A DNA stretch of 46,027 nucleotides from Terriglobales bacterium (lineage in GTDB: Bacteria > Acidobacteriota > Terriglobia > Terriglobales > Acidobacteriaceae), in contig DATFVD010000635.1 of NCBI GenBank assembly GCA_035260505.1, positions 1 through 46,027 of the forward strand, read 5' to 3'. Of this stretch, positions 32,954 to 41,739 are shown piece after piece. Every line of letters begins with the position of its first letter. The first letter of the stretch is position 1. The notes below the pieces were generated by a model. The model had not been told where the DNA came from. It did no database searches and saw only the letters and a program-made list of their open reading frames with translations. Both the position numbers and the translations under genes were made by a program.

Positions 32954-34204
32954 CTACTCACTCGTGAAGTAGTCGACGGTCACCGGATTCTCAAACAAAG
33001 AGTAATCGCGAGTCACAACCGTGATACCGCTGTCGGTAACGAAGTAGCGCTCGCGGTCGGCTTCGGTATCGTAGCCGATGGTGGTTCCTTCGGGAATGTG
33101 CACGTCCCGCTCGACGATGGCTTTGCGGATGCGGCAACTGCGTCCCACGTTCACGTGCGAAAACAAAATACTGTTTTCGATTTCAGTATAGGAGTTGACA
33201 CGCACATCCGGAGACACCACGCAATTCTGGACGAAGCCGCCGGAAATGATGCATCCGGAAGAAATCAGCGAATCCACGGCGTGGCCCATGCGTCCGCTTT
33301 CGGCAAACACGAATTTTGCCGGCGGGTATTGCCGCTGATGAGTCCGGATGGGCCATTGGTCGTCGTAAAGATTGAAAACTGGATTGACTGAGACCAGGTC
33401 CATGTTGGCTTCGTAATAAGCTTCGAGCGTGCCCACGTCGCGCCAGTAGAGAGCTTCTTTTTTGTTTTCATCGACAAAATTGAACGAGAAGACGCGGTAA
33501 TCCCCCAACATCTTGGGCAGAATATTCTTGCCGAAATCGTGACTGGAATCGGGATCCTCGGCGTCTTTGAGCAGCACGGGAATGAGCACGTCGGTGTTGA
33601 AGATATAGATGCCCATCGATGCTGAAATTTTTGTTGGATCGTACGGCGATCGAATATCGGTCTGTTTTGGTTTTTCCAGGAAGCCGATGATGCGATGATC
33701 GCGGTCGATGTCGACGACGCCAAAATGGCGGCATTCCTCCGGGTCGGTCGTCAATGTAGCGACCGTGACGTCGGCGGCGGCATCCTTGTGCTGCTTAAGC
33801 ATGCGTCCATAATTCATTTTGTAAATGTGGTCGCCGGAGAGGATGATCACGTATTTGGGCTGCTCGGAACCGATGGAATAGATGTTCTGATAGACCGCGT
33901 CGGCGGTCCCCATGTACCAGTTCTCGCTGACCCGCTTCATGGGTGGCAGGATTTCGATGAACTCGCCGATTTCACGGCCAAAAATGTTCCAGCCTTCGCG
34001 GATCTGACGATTCAGCGAGAGAGCCTTGTATTGCGTGAGGATATAGACGCGACGCAGGCCGGAGTTGACGCAGTTGGAAAGCGTGATGTCGATGATGCGG
34101 TAGATGCCGCCGAAAGTCACTGCCGGCTTGGCGCGGTCGCGGGTGAGCGGATAGAGGCGCTCGCCTGCGCCCCCGGCGAGCAAGATTCCGAGCGTATCTT
34201 TCAT
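32954..34204 (-). CDS. glgC: Glucose-1-phosphate adenylyltransferase (ADP-glucose pyrophosphorylase)
   Basis: 416 aa. Contains LGILLAGGAGERLYPLTRDRAKPAVTFGGIYRIIDITLSNCVNSG, ILSGDHIYKMNY, SMGIYIF and a C-terminal left-handed beta-helix. This is canonical GlgC. Confidence 0.95.
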   Translation of the reverse strand: MKDTLGILLAGGAGERLYPLTRDRAKPAVTFGGIYRIIDITLSNCVNSGLRRVYILTQYKALSLNRQIREGWNIFGREIGEFIEILPPMKRVSENWYMGTADAVYQNIYSIGSEQPKYVIILSGDHIYKMNYGRMLKQHKDAAADVTVATLTTDPEECRHFGVVDIDRDHRIIGFLEKPKQTDIRSPYDPTKISASMGIYIFNTDVLIPVLLKDAEDPDSSHDFGKNILPKMLGDYRVFSFNFVDENKKEALYWRDVGTLEAYYEANMDLVSVNPVFNLYDDQWPIRTHQRQYPPAKFVFAESGRMGHAVDSLISSGCIISGGFVQNCVVSPDVRVNSYTEIENSILFSHVNVGRSCRIRKAIVERDVHIPEGTTIGYDTEADRERYFVTDSGITVVTRDYSLFENPVTVDYFTSE

Positions 34205-34369
34205 CGGCGCACCCGTATGGACGCAGCGTGCGATGCGGACGCTGCCCCGGCCTCAACGCGACATACTAGCACACGGCTGCGGGTTTCGACCCCTGCGGTT
34301 CGACACAAAAGGCCGCCATCGCAGGAAAAGATTTAACTGACGGCTGAGCCGAGAGCTGACAGCTACCTG

Positions 34370-35728
34370 CTAGCAGTGCACGATCTTGTCACTCTTAATG
34401 CCGCGCGTGGCGTTGCGCGAATCCACCACCAGCTTGGCTTCGCTGACAATCTTCTTGTAGTCGTAGTCGGAGTGATCGGTGACGATGAGCACGCAATCGT
34501 ATTGGCCAAGATTGTCGAGCGACGTGCATTTCATCTGCAGATCGTACTTCCGGCCGCGGCCGACGAAGGGGAAGTAGGGGTCGTTATAGCCGACCACCGC
34601 GCCCTCCTTTTGCAGCAGCTCGATGATGGTGAGAGCGGGCGACTCGCGCAGGTCGTCAATATCCCGCTTATAGGCAACTCCAAGAACCAGAATTTTGGAT
34701 CCGTTGATCGCCTTCTTCTGACGGTTGAGCGCGGAGATGGTGGACGCGATCACGTTGTAGGGCATGGCCACGTTGATTTCGCCGGCCAGTTCGATGAAGC
34801 GAGTACGGAAGTCGAACTCTTTCGCTTTCCAGGAAAGATAGAACGGATCGACCGGAATGCAGTGTCCGCCGAGACCCGGCCCGGGATAAAACGGATGGAA
34901 GCCGAAAGGCTTGGTGGCGGCGGCGTCGATGATCTCCCAGATGTTGAGGTCCATGCGCAGGCAAAGCATTTTGAGCTCGTTGACCAGCGCAATGTTGACG
35001 CAGCGGTAGATGTTTTCCAGCAACTTAGTCATCTCCGCGGCGGCGGGCGACGAAACGAGAACCGTGCGGCGAAAGATGGCGCCATAAAGCGCAGCCGCGA
35101 TTTCGCTGGCCTGCGGATCGAGTCCGCCAATCACTTTAGGAATATCGTGACGAGCCACCTGGGTGTTGCCGGGATCCTCGCGCTCCGGCGAGAACGCGAC
35201 CCAGATATCGTTGTCGCCGGACGCGCCCTTGCGGCAAGCTTTCAAGCCAGCCTTGTTCTCCTGTTCGAGAATCGGAATCAGGACTTCTTCGGTGGTGCCG
35301 GGATAGGTTGTGCTCTCCAGGATGACGATCTGACCGGCGCGCAGATAGGGTGCGACGGCGTGAGCGGTGTTGGTAATGTAGCTGAGGTCGGGCTCGTGAT
35401 ATTCGTTGAGCGGCGTGGGGACGCAGATAATGATCGCGTCCATGGCGGTGATCTCCGAATAATCGGCCGTGGCTTTAAAGCCGTTCGACTTGGCTGCGGC
35501 GATTTCCTCGGGCGTGATGCGGAAAATGTAAGTGCCGCCGCTGGCGAGGGTATCGATCTTGCGCTGATCGATATCAAAACCGGTGACAGGAAATTTCTGC
35601 TCACTGTAAAGCAGGGCCAGCGGCAATCCGACATAGCCCAGGCCAATGATTCCGACTCGAGCCTTGCGCGTCTCGATGCGGCTCTTTAAGTCGGTAAACA
35701 GGGAAGAAGATGTGAGTTGAGTATCCAT
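34370..35728 (-). CDS. Nucleotide-sugar dehydrogenase (UDP-glucose/GDP-mannose dehydrogenase family; UDP-N-acetyl-hexosamine dehydrogenase-like)
   Basis: Rossmann motif VGIIGLGYVGLPLA. The catalytic region is GLGGHCIPVDP, followed by a C-terminal UDP-binding domain LVLGVAYKRDIDDLRESP. The start is ATG at 35728 or TTG at 35737. Confidence 0.9.
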   Translation of the reverse strand: MDTQLTSSSLFTDLKSRIETRKARVGIIGLGYVGLPLALLYSEQKFPVTGFDIDQRKIDTLASGGTYIFRITPEEIAAAKSNGFKATADYSEITAMDAIIICVPTPLNEYHEPDLSYITNTAHAVAPYLRAGQIVILESTTYPGTTEEVLIPILEQENKAGLKACRKGASGDNDIWVAFSPEREDPGNTQVARHDIPKVIGGLDPQASEIAAALYGAIFRRTVLVSSPAAAEMTKLLENIYRCVNIALVNELKMLCLRMDLNIWEIIDAAATKPFGFHPFYPGPGLGGHCIPVDPFYLSWKAKEFDFRTRFIELAGEINVAMPYNVIASTISALNRQKKAINGSKILVLGVAYKRDIDDLRESPALTIIELLQKEGAVVGYNDPYFPFVGRGRKYDLQMKCTSLDNLGQYDCVLIVTDHSDYDYKKIVSEAKLVVDSRNATRGIKSDKIVHC

Positions 35729-35909
35729 ATATGGCAAAAAAATAATTCTAGCATTGGAAGTTGCGCTTGGGCCGCGGAAGCTGCGGTCGTCATACGATTT
35801 TCATGCGATTTTTGCGCGCTGGATCGCGGTCTTGATTACTGCCGTAATCGAATTCGCCCGCATAGTGGTGTCCTTAGTAATATGCGGAGTGCAGTAACAT
35901 GGGCTTCCA

Positions 35910-36488
35910 ATGCGATTCTCCCGACTCCTGATCCTGTTGTTCCTGGTCGCTATCCTGGCTGCGCTCGCGAGCCGGGCGGCGCGCTTTCTGGTGGTGGACC
36001 ACCCTGAAAAATCCGATGTCATCGTGGTGCTGGCTGGAGACACGAAAGTACGCCCGGTCCGGGGTCTGGAAATGCTGCGCCAGGGAATGGCGCCGCGCTT
36101 GCTTCTGGATGCCGAGACACGAGATGTAATCTACGATCAGCCCCTCGTCGAGATTGTCCAGAGATACGTGAACAGTCTGGCCGAAGCGACCCGCGTCTCG
36201 GTATGCCCGATCACCGGATATTCGACCATTGCTGAGGCCGACGATGTAAGCCGATGCTTGCAGTCACTGGCCCCGCATCGGGTGCTGATCGTGACCTCCG
36301 ACTATCACACCCGCCGCGCCTTGATGATCTTCCGCCATCGCCTGCCGCAATACCAGTTCAACGTGGCCGCGGCTCGCAATCGGGCGGAATTCGGCGAAGC
36401 CTGGTGGACGAACCGCGAATGGGCAAAAGTCACGTTTGATGAATGGATGAAGATGCTGTGGTGGGGAGCGGTGGACCGGTGGCGGTAG
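35910..36488 (+). CDS. YdcF/DUF218 family protein
   Basis: N-terminal TM helix LLILLFLVAILAALA. Contains DVIVVLAGD...RGLEMLRQGMAPRLLL and VLIVTSDYHTRRALMIF, characteristic of DUF218. Confidence 0.8.
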   Translation: MRFSRLLILLFLVAILAALASRAARFLVVDHPEKSDVIVVLAGDTKVRPVRGLEMLRQGMAPRLLLDAETRDVIYDQPLVEIVQRYVNSLAEATRVSVCPITGYSTIAEADDVSRCLQSLAPHRVLIVTSDYHTRRALMIFRHRLPQYQFNVAAARNRAEFGEAWWTNREWAKVTFDEWMKMLWWGAVDRWR

Positions 36489-36501
36489 TGAGGAGTTCCC
36501 G

Positions 36502-36529
36502 GTTCTCAGTTCTCAGTTCTCAGTTCTCG
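36502..36529. repeat. Tandem heptanucleotide repeat (GTTCTCA)x3 + GTTCTCG, single arm
   Basis: Read directly, 14 nt after the ydcF-like stop. No complementary TGAGAAC array was found nearby. Confidence 0.9.
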
Positions 36530-36631
36530 GAAGTCTCAATGGCACGAAACGACGGCTTGTGCCAGCATTGAATTCGTTATGGTAGTGGGCTACTTTGATT
36601 CTTACGACGAGCAGAGGACGGAAAGAGCAGC

Positions 36632-36877
36632 GTGAGTGAAGTATCCACAATCTGTTTTGTGGTAGCAATGATCGGAATTGTCTTCGCATGCGGAGCCAGC
36701 AACGCCATGAAACGGCTGGTTTATAACCGCTCAGGTAAGTCACTTCGTCCATTGTCGAGACAACTGGTGCGAGAATACTGTGCCCTGTATGGACAAGATC
36801 AAAACTATTGGGCCTACTACTTTTCTCTACTGGCTTTCTTTGTGGGTATAGCGGGTTTCATGGTCTTCCCAAAGTAG
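36632..36877 (+). CDS. Small hypothetical membrane protein (two predicted TM helices)
   Basis: 81 aa, GTG start after GGAAAGAG. Hydrophobic segments are ICFVVAMIGIVFACGA and YYFSLLAFFVGIAGFMVF. It lies in a locally low-GC stretch and I recognise no family. Confidence 0.4.
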   Translation: MSEVSTICFVVAMIGIVFACGASNAMKRLVYNRSGKSLRPLSRQLVREYCALYGQDQNYWAYYFSLLAFFVGIAGFMVFPK

Positions 36878-36959
36878 CCCCCTGCGTTGGTTATTGGCTG
36901 GTGGCAACTTCTCCTCTTGTGCGATAGTTTGAAAGCTAGTCATCTTCACCGGAGGTTCC

Positions 36960-37181
36960 ATGTCGCAAGTCACGATTACGGTGCGCAAGAACGGTCCTTT
37001 GCGCGTAGACGATCCCAATGGCGTCGTCGAGATGGTGGACGCCGACGGCAACAAATATGATCTGACGGGCAAGACGGCGTTTTCCCTCTGCCGCTGCGGC
37101 GCTTCCGCCAACAAGCCTTTCTGTGACGGCAGTCACAAGATCGCCTTTCCGGCTGCCGAGACGGTGATCAAGATTGGATAG
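36960..37181 (+). CDS. CDGSH-type iron-sulfur domain protein
   Basis: GGAGG SD. Contains the signature CRCGASANKPFCDGSH (C-X-C-X2-S-X5-C-D-G-S-H). Confidence 0.9.
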   Translation: MSQVTITVRKNGPLRVDDPNGVVEMVDADGNKYDLTGKTAFSLCRCGASANKPFCDGSHKIAFPAAETVIKIG

Positions 37182-37198
37182 CTGTCCAGGTTCGACTG

Positions 37199-37264
37199 TA
37201 GAGACTGGGCTCGCTCCGTCTCTGCTGCGGCCAGACTCGCGGCAAGCCGCGTCTCTACGGAAAA
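37199..37264. repeat. Composite double-hairpin REP-like element, family A (second copy)
   Basis: TAGAGACTGGGC-TC-GCTCCGTCTC .. AGACTCGCGGC-AA-GCCGCGTCTCTACGGAAAA, colinear with 11793..11857. It underlies the spurious ORF 37133..37387. Confidence 0.8.
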
Positions 37265-37461
37265 CGTTGGGCGCTCCTCTATCCCCACAACCAACTTAAT
37301 CAGAGTTTCCCTAGTGTCTAACTCGAAACCCAGCGGCGAAATTTCGTGCCCTGATCTTTCCTGTGATCTAGCATGGTCCGTGGACAATTGTTGCCGGAGT
37401 CGACGGCACTGGCTTTCACATCGACACTTTCAGGCCGAAGAATCTTTTGCCTGCTAACCCT

Positions 37462-38715
37462 ATGGGCCTTTCGGGAAATGCACAGCATGCCATACGGCGC
37501 AGCACGCGGCTGCCACTGGAGGTTCCGGTGCTCGTGACCAGCCTCAATGCCGCCGTGACATATTCCGAGCAGTGCAATACCACCCTGGTGAACGCGCACG
37601 GATGCGGGCTGATCGTTCCACGCGTGCTCGCGCAAGGCATTCAGGTCCGGCTGGAAATCGTTTCGGCAAAACGACACACCACGGCGCGAGTGGCGGAGGT
37701 GGTTCCGCTGGGCGGTGATCCCGAGACCTGGCTGGTGGGCCTGGAACTCGACGTCCCCGGCAACTTCTGGGGAATCGAGTACGCACCTACGGATTGGAAG
37801 ATCGAAGAGATCCCATCGCCTGCGGCAGAGCAGCCGCGGTTAAATCATGAGCTGAGCGCGGCCGCGAAGCCAGCTCGATCGCGACGCTGGCGCCTGACCG
37901 ACATCAGCGCTGGCGCTTGCTACCTGGAGACGGCTGCGCCGTTTCCCACCGATACTCCGGTGGTGTTGAGTATTCGTGAGTCGAACGCGGAGTGTCTGCT
38001 GGAGGGAGTAGTGCGAGTGTCACATGCGCAAACGGGAATGGGAGTCGAGTTCACGCCAGTACAAGCGCACGATCAGCGGGCGCGTGCGGCGGAACTGATC
38101 GGCCGGCTGGTGAACAATCGCGAGGTTCCGCGAATTTTCGTCGGGCGGAAAGAAGATCGCAAAGAAGCTCGGAAAGAAGGCGAGCACGCGGCGCCGAATC
38201 CCACGCCCGACGCCGCGCGAGATACCGAATCGCCCGATCCGCTCCTGGAGCTGGTTCGATCTGGAGCGTCGCTGACTATGGAGCAGTTTCTGAGCGATCT
38301 GCGCGCGCAGCGGCTCGGCAAGCGCCGCGACCCGCGAATCGATCTGGCGTTGCCGGTGTTGCTTACTGGGACCGACGTCAGTGGTCGTCCTCTGAATCAA
38401 AGAGTCATCACTGTCAATATCAGCCGGCGCGGAGCGCTGTTAGATGGTATCCACGGAATGCTTGGGCTCGGCGACAGAATTTCTCTTGCTCGCTTGCACA
38501 AGAAGGAGGAGTTTCGAGTCGCGTGGGTAGGGGGAGAGGATACTCCCGCGGCAGGTCAGATCGGGGTGGCCGCGGTCGATCCGAATACTTCGTTTTGGGT
38601 AGAGGTACTGGAAGCGACGGCGCAGTCCGGGCTGGAAGCGGCCAGTCTTCGCGGGAACGACGTCGGAAACGACCACGGCAACGACGACGGCAACGGTGGC
38701 GGGACGGGCCATTAG
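37462..38715 (+). CDS. Multi-PilZ-domain protein (three PilZ-like modules)
   Basis: Module 1 has RRSTR plus NAHGCG. Module 2 has TDISAGACYLE. Module 3 has RRDPR plus NISRRG, the canonical RxxxR / (D/N)xSxxG c-di-GMP motifs. The C-terminal tail is GNDVGNDHGNDDGNGGG. The start is ATG at 37462 or TTG at 37447. Confidence 0.75.
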   Translation: MGLSGNAQHAIRRSTRLPLEVPVLVTSLNAAVTYSEQCNTTLVNAHGCGLIVPRVLAQGIQVRLEIVSAKRHTTARVAEVVPLGGDPETWLVGLELDVPGNFWGIEYAPTDWKIEEIPSPAAEQPRLNHELSAAAKPARSRRWRLTDISAGACYLETAAPFPTDTPVVLSIRESNAECLLEGVVRVSHAQTGMGVEFTPVQAHDQRARAAELIGRLVNNREVPRIFVGRKEDRKEARKEGEHAAPNPTPDAARDTESPDPLLELVRSGASLTMEQFLSDLRAQRLGKRRDPRIDLALPVLLTGTDVSGRPLNQRVITVNISRRGALLDGIHGMLGLGDRISLARLHKKEEFRVAWVGGEDTPAAGQIGVAAVDPNTSFWVEVLEATAQSGLEAASLRGNDVGNDHGNDDGNGGGTGH

Positions 38716-38760
38716 CAGGTCGCTGAAAAAACTTGATCTTGCCTTTGCTGCGGGGTGGCA

Positions 38761-38776
38761 CAGCGGTTCACCGCTG
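38761..38776. repeat. TTCA-loop hairpin CAGCGG-TTCA-CCGCTG (family C-like)
   Basis: It is followed by ATAAGCGCCTTGTCGTCGTA, resembling GCAAGCGCTTGAAGTCGAT after the 14016 hairpin. It lies 46 nt after the PilZ gene stop. Confidence 0.5.
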
Positions 38777-38900
38777 CGATAAGCGCCTTGTCGTCGTAGA
38801 CTGCTTTAGCCGCTGAGGGTAAGGGCGGCGCGACGCCACGGCTTGTTCAGCAATCGGTCGGTGGCGCTGGAAATGTTACACTGCCTCGCCGGAGGGTTTT

Positions 38901-40892
38901 GTGTCAGACGAATTTAGGCCATCTGCAAAAAACGCACGGGACCGGGCACTGGGGATGGGCGCGAAAATCACGCGCCGCGATTTTCTCAACGGAATCGCAC
39001 TGACCGCTGGAGCGGCCGTAATCCCGCCTGAAATGTGGGCTGCCGCAGCCGCCGATCTGCAATCAGAAGCCCAGGACGTTCCAGGTTACTATCCTCCCGC
39101 CAAGACCGGCCTGCGTGGAAGTCATGCCGGGGCGTTCGAAACCATGCACAAAGTCCGCGACGGCGCCTTCTGGGACGACGCTCCCAAGGCTGTGGACACG
39201 GGCGAATTCTACGATCTGGTGATCGTGGGCGGGGGCATCAGCGGCCTCGCCGCGGCGCATTATTTCCGCAAGGCTGCGGGCGACAAAGCGCGCGTCCTGA
39301 TTCTTGAAAACCACGATGACTTCGGCGGACACGCCAAGCGCAACGAATTCCGTGCGGGCAGCCGCACGATTCTGGGATTCGGCGGCACATATTCCATCGA
39401 AAGCCCTTGGCCTTATAGCGCGGTCGCGAAGTCTCTGATCGAAGAACTCGGTATTGATGTGCCTTCGTATCACAAGTACGTGAGCAAGGATCTCTACCGT
39501 TCGCTGAGTCTGAAGCCCCGCATTTTCTTCGATAAGGAAACCTTTGGGACCGACAAGCTGGTCACGAACGCGGTTCATACCGGGTGGGATGAGAGCGGCG
39601 TCAACGATGCGGGCGGCGCAGCGGGTTTGCGGGAATTTCTGCAAGAAGCTCCGCTATCGCCGAAAGCCAAGGAAGATTTTCAGCGTCTGCGTACTGAGGA
39701 GAAAGATTATTTTCCCGGGCTGACCTCCGATGAAAAAAAAGCACGCTTGGCTCGCATGAGCTATGCGAAATACCTGACCGACATCGCCGGCGTGAGCGAC
39801 GAGATCGTGAAATTGTTCCAGGCCTTCCCGCACCCGCTGTTCGGCGTGGGCATCGATGCGGTCCCCGCACAAGACGCGTGGGGCCTCGAATTGCCGGGAT
39901 TCAAGGGCCTCAAACTTGATCCCACACCCGGCAAGGGGATGAACCGCGACGCCATTCACAGCAACGAAGCGGAAAGATACTTCTTTCACTTTCCCGACGG
40001 CAACGCTTCGATCGCCCGGATGCTGGTGCGCAAGCTGATCCCGGCCGCGATTCCAGGAAGCTCGGCCACTGACGTGGTGCTGGCGAACGCCGTTTACTCG
40101 AAGCTCGACGAGCCCTCTTCCTCGACGCGCATCCGGCTGAACAGCACCGTGGTCAAGGTGAACCACCGGGGCGATCCAGCCTCAGCGAAGGAAGTGGAGG
40201 TCAGCTACTTCACCGAAAAGAAGCTGAAGACGGTGCGCGCCGCGAACTGCATTCTGGCGTGCTGGCATGTGGTGATTCCGTACATCGCGCAGGAATTGCC
40301 AGACGCGCAGAAAGTAGCGCTCGCTTCTGCGCAGAAAGTTCCGCTGCTCTACAACAATGTGCTGGTGCGCAACTGGAACGCCTTCCAGAAGCTGGGCGCG
40401 AGTACGATTTATTCGCCCGGCATGTACCACACCAGCGTGAGCCTGGATCTTCCGGTCAGCATCGGCGGCTATGAATGTACGAAGAATCCGGACGAGCCGA
40501 TCGTGGTGCACATGATGAAGGCAGCCTGCCAGCCGGGACACCCGGCGCGCGAGCAACATAAGCTGGGGCGCATCCAGCTCTATAGCACCACGTTCGAAAG
40601 CTATGAGCGCAATATTCGCGAGCAACTGGCGCGGATACTGGGTCCGGGCGGGTTCGATCCCGCGCGCGACATCCTGGAAATCACGGTCAACCGCTGGCCG
40701 CACGGTTACGCGTATGAATATAATTCACTGGCCGACCAGTTCTGGCTGGAAGGCGGCGAGACGCCGTGCGAAGTGGCGCGCAAACCGTTCGGGCGGCTGG
40801 CAATCGCGAACTCGGACGCCGGCGCATACGCTTACACCGACTCCGCCATCGATCACGCCTACCGTGCGGTGCAAGACTTGAAGAAGACTTAG
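38901..40892 (+). CDS. Tat-exported FAD/NAD(P)-binding oxidoreductase (flavin amine-oxidase-like; resembles proteins annotated as spermidine dehydrogenase)
   Basis: GGAGGG SD and GTG start. Twin-arginine motif ITRRDFLNGIALTAGAAV and dinucleotide fold YDLVIVGGGISGLAAAHYF..ENHDDFGGHA. The spermidine dehydrogenase resemblance comes from my recollection of size, Tat signal and fold only. Confidence 0.75.
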   Translation: MSDEFRPSAKNARDRALGMGAKITRRDFLNGIALTAGAAVIPPEMWAAAAADLQSEAQDVPGYYPPAKTGLRGSHAGAFETMHKVRDGAFWDDAPKAVDTGEFYDLVIVGGGISGLAAAHYFRKAAGDKARVLILENHDDFGGHAKRNEFRAGSRTILGFGGTYSIESPWPYSAVAKSLIEELGIDVPSYHKYVSKDLYRSLSLKPRIFFDKETFGTDKLVTNAVHTGWDESGVNDAGGAAGLREFLQEAPLSPKAKEDFQRLRTEEKDYFPGLTSDEKKARLARMSYAKYLTDIAGVSDEIVKLFQAFPHPLFGVGIDAVPAQDAWGLELPGFKGLKLDPTPGKGMNRDAIHSNEAERYFFHFPDGNASIARMLVRKLIPAAIPGSSATDVVLANAVYSKLDEPSSSTRIRLNSTVVKVNHRGDPASAKEVEVSYFTEKKLKTVRAANCILACWHVVIPYIAQELPDAQKVALASAQKVPLLYNNVLVRNWNAFQKLGASTIYSPGMYHTSVSLDLPVSIGGYECTKNPDEPIVVHMMKAACQPGHPAREQHKLGRIQLYSTTFESYERNIREQLARILGPGGFDPARDILEITVNRWPHGYAYEYNSLADQFWLEGGETPCEVARKPFGRLAIANSDAGAYAYTDSAIDHAYRAVQDLKKT

Positions 40893-40922
40893 TGTGACGC
40901 GGGCGGGGCGCCCGCGACACAC
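40892..40922. terminator. GC-rich palindrome GTGTGACGCGGGCG-GG-GCGCCCGCGACACAC (family B) immediately after the oxidoreductase stop
   Basis: Read directly, with a stem of about 13 bp. It shares its core with 4090..4115. The track GTG start of the next ORF (40894) lies inside it. Confidence 0.6.
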
Positions 40923-40941
40923 GGGTCAAGGAGGCTCTTAT

Positions 40942-41487
40942 ATGCCGGCGCGTCCTCCGAAGCGATCGTCGTCGCGATCGTCGACGACTGCGAAGTCGCA
41001 ACCTAAGGCGGACCGTCCGTTTGCGCCCGGCTATGGCATTGTCGGAGCTAAAGACGGCAAGGGCCTGCTCCCCTGGGTTTGGGTTGCTCGGAAAATGAAT
41101 AAATGCCGGACGTTCTGGCTGGCCACGATTCACGCGGGGCCTCACGCAGGTAAAGAACGACCCCATGTGATGCCGGTCTGGGGAGTGTGGCTGGACGACG
41201 CTTTTTTCTTCTCGACCGGACGCAAATCCCGGAAGGGCCAAAACCTCGCAGCCAATCCGGCATGCACAATCGCAAACGACGATGGCGAAGAAGCTGTGAT
41301 CGTGGAGGGACTGGCGACTCAAGCCGAGGATGCAGCGGAGCAGGAGCGCGTCGCGATTGCCTACAAGAAAAAATACAAGATGGATCCCCGGAGCATGGGA
41401 GAACCGATCTTTCGCGTCCGGCCCAGCCGGGTCTTCGGTTTTGTGGAAAAAAGCTTTCCGGAATCCGCAACTCGATGGAAACTATGA
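40942..41487 (+). CDS. Pyridoxamine 5'-phosphate oxidase (PPOX) family protein with basic N-terminal tail
   Basis: AAGGAGG SD 7 nt before ATG at 40942. FWLATIHAGPHAGKERPHVMPVWGVWLDDAFFFSTGRKSRKGQNLAANPACTI..AVIVEG is a split-barrel PPOX-like pattern. Confidence 0.75.
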   Translation: MPARPPKRSSSRSSTTAKSQPKADRPFAPGYGIVGAKDGKGLLPWVWVARKMNKCRTFWLATIHAGPHAGKERPHVMPVWGVWLDDAFFFSTGRKSRKGQNLAANPACTIANDDGEEAVIVEGLATQAEDAAEQERVAIAYKKKYKMDPRSMGEPIFRVRPSRVFGFVEKSFPESATRWKL

Positions 41488-41739
41488 TGGATAGTAGCGA
41501 CACCCCACGTTCGTAACGGGTTTCAGCGGTTACCGCCCAGTCTTGAAAGAATTACGATTTCGTAGTTGCCGTTCGGCCGTTGGTATGGAAAAATGAGCTC
41601 TGTTCGTCGGACTTCCTTCCCCCATTAATCTGCTGTTTGGCCCAACTGCCAAGTTGCTGTGAAAAGTGTGCGTGCTCTCGAGGAATTCGCTCACCGGCGA
41701 TTTTTTCGAAAGACGATCTCCGTGTGGTGAGGGAATACA

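Noticed and set aside
34376-35689. 437-aa + strand ORF
   Set aside because: It is antisense to the nucleotide-sugar dehydrogenase, which has the Rossmann GxGxxG and catalytic GGHCIP motifs. This is an artefact.
40687-41322. 211-aa minus-strand ORF
   Set aside because: It spans the end of the oxidoreductase gene, the family B palindrome and the PPOX gene in antisense. The product is extremely Arg/Ser-rich.
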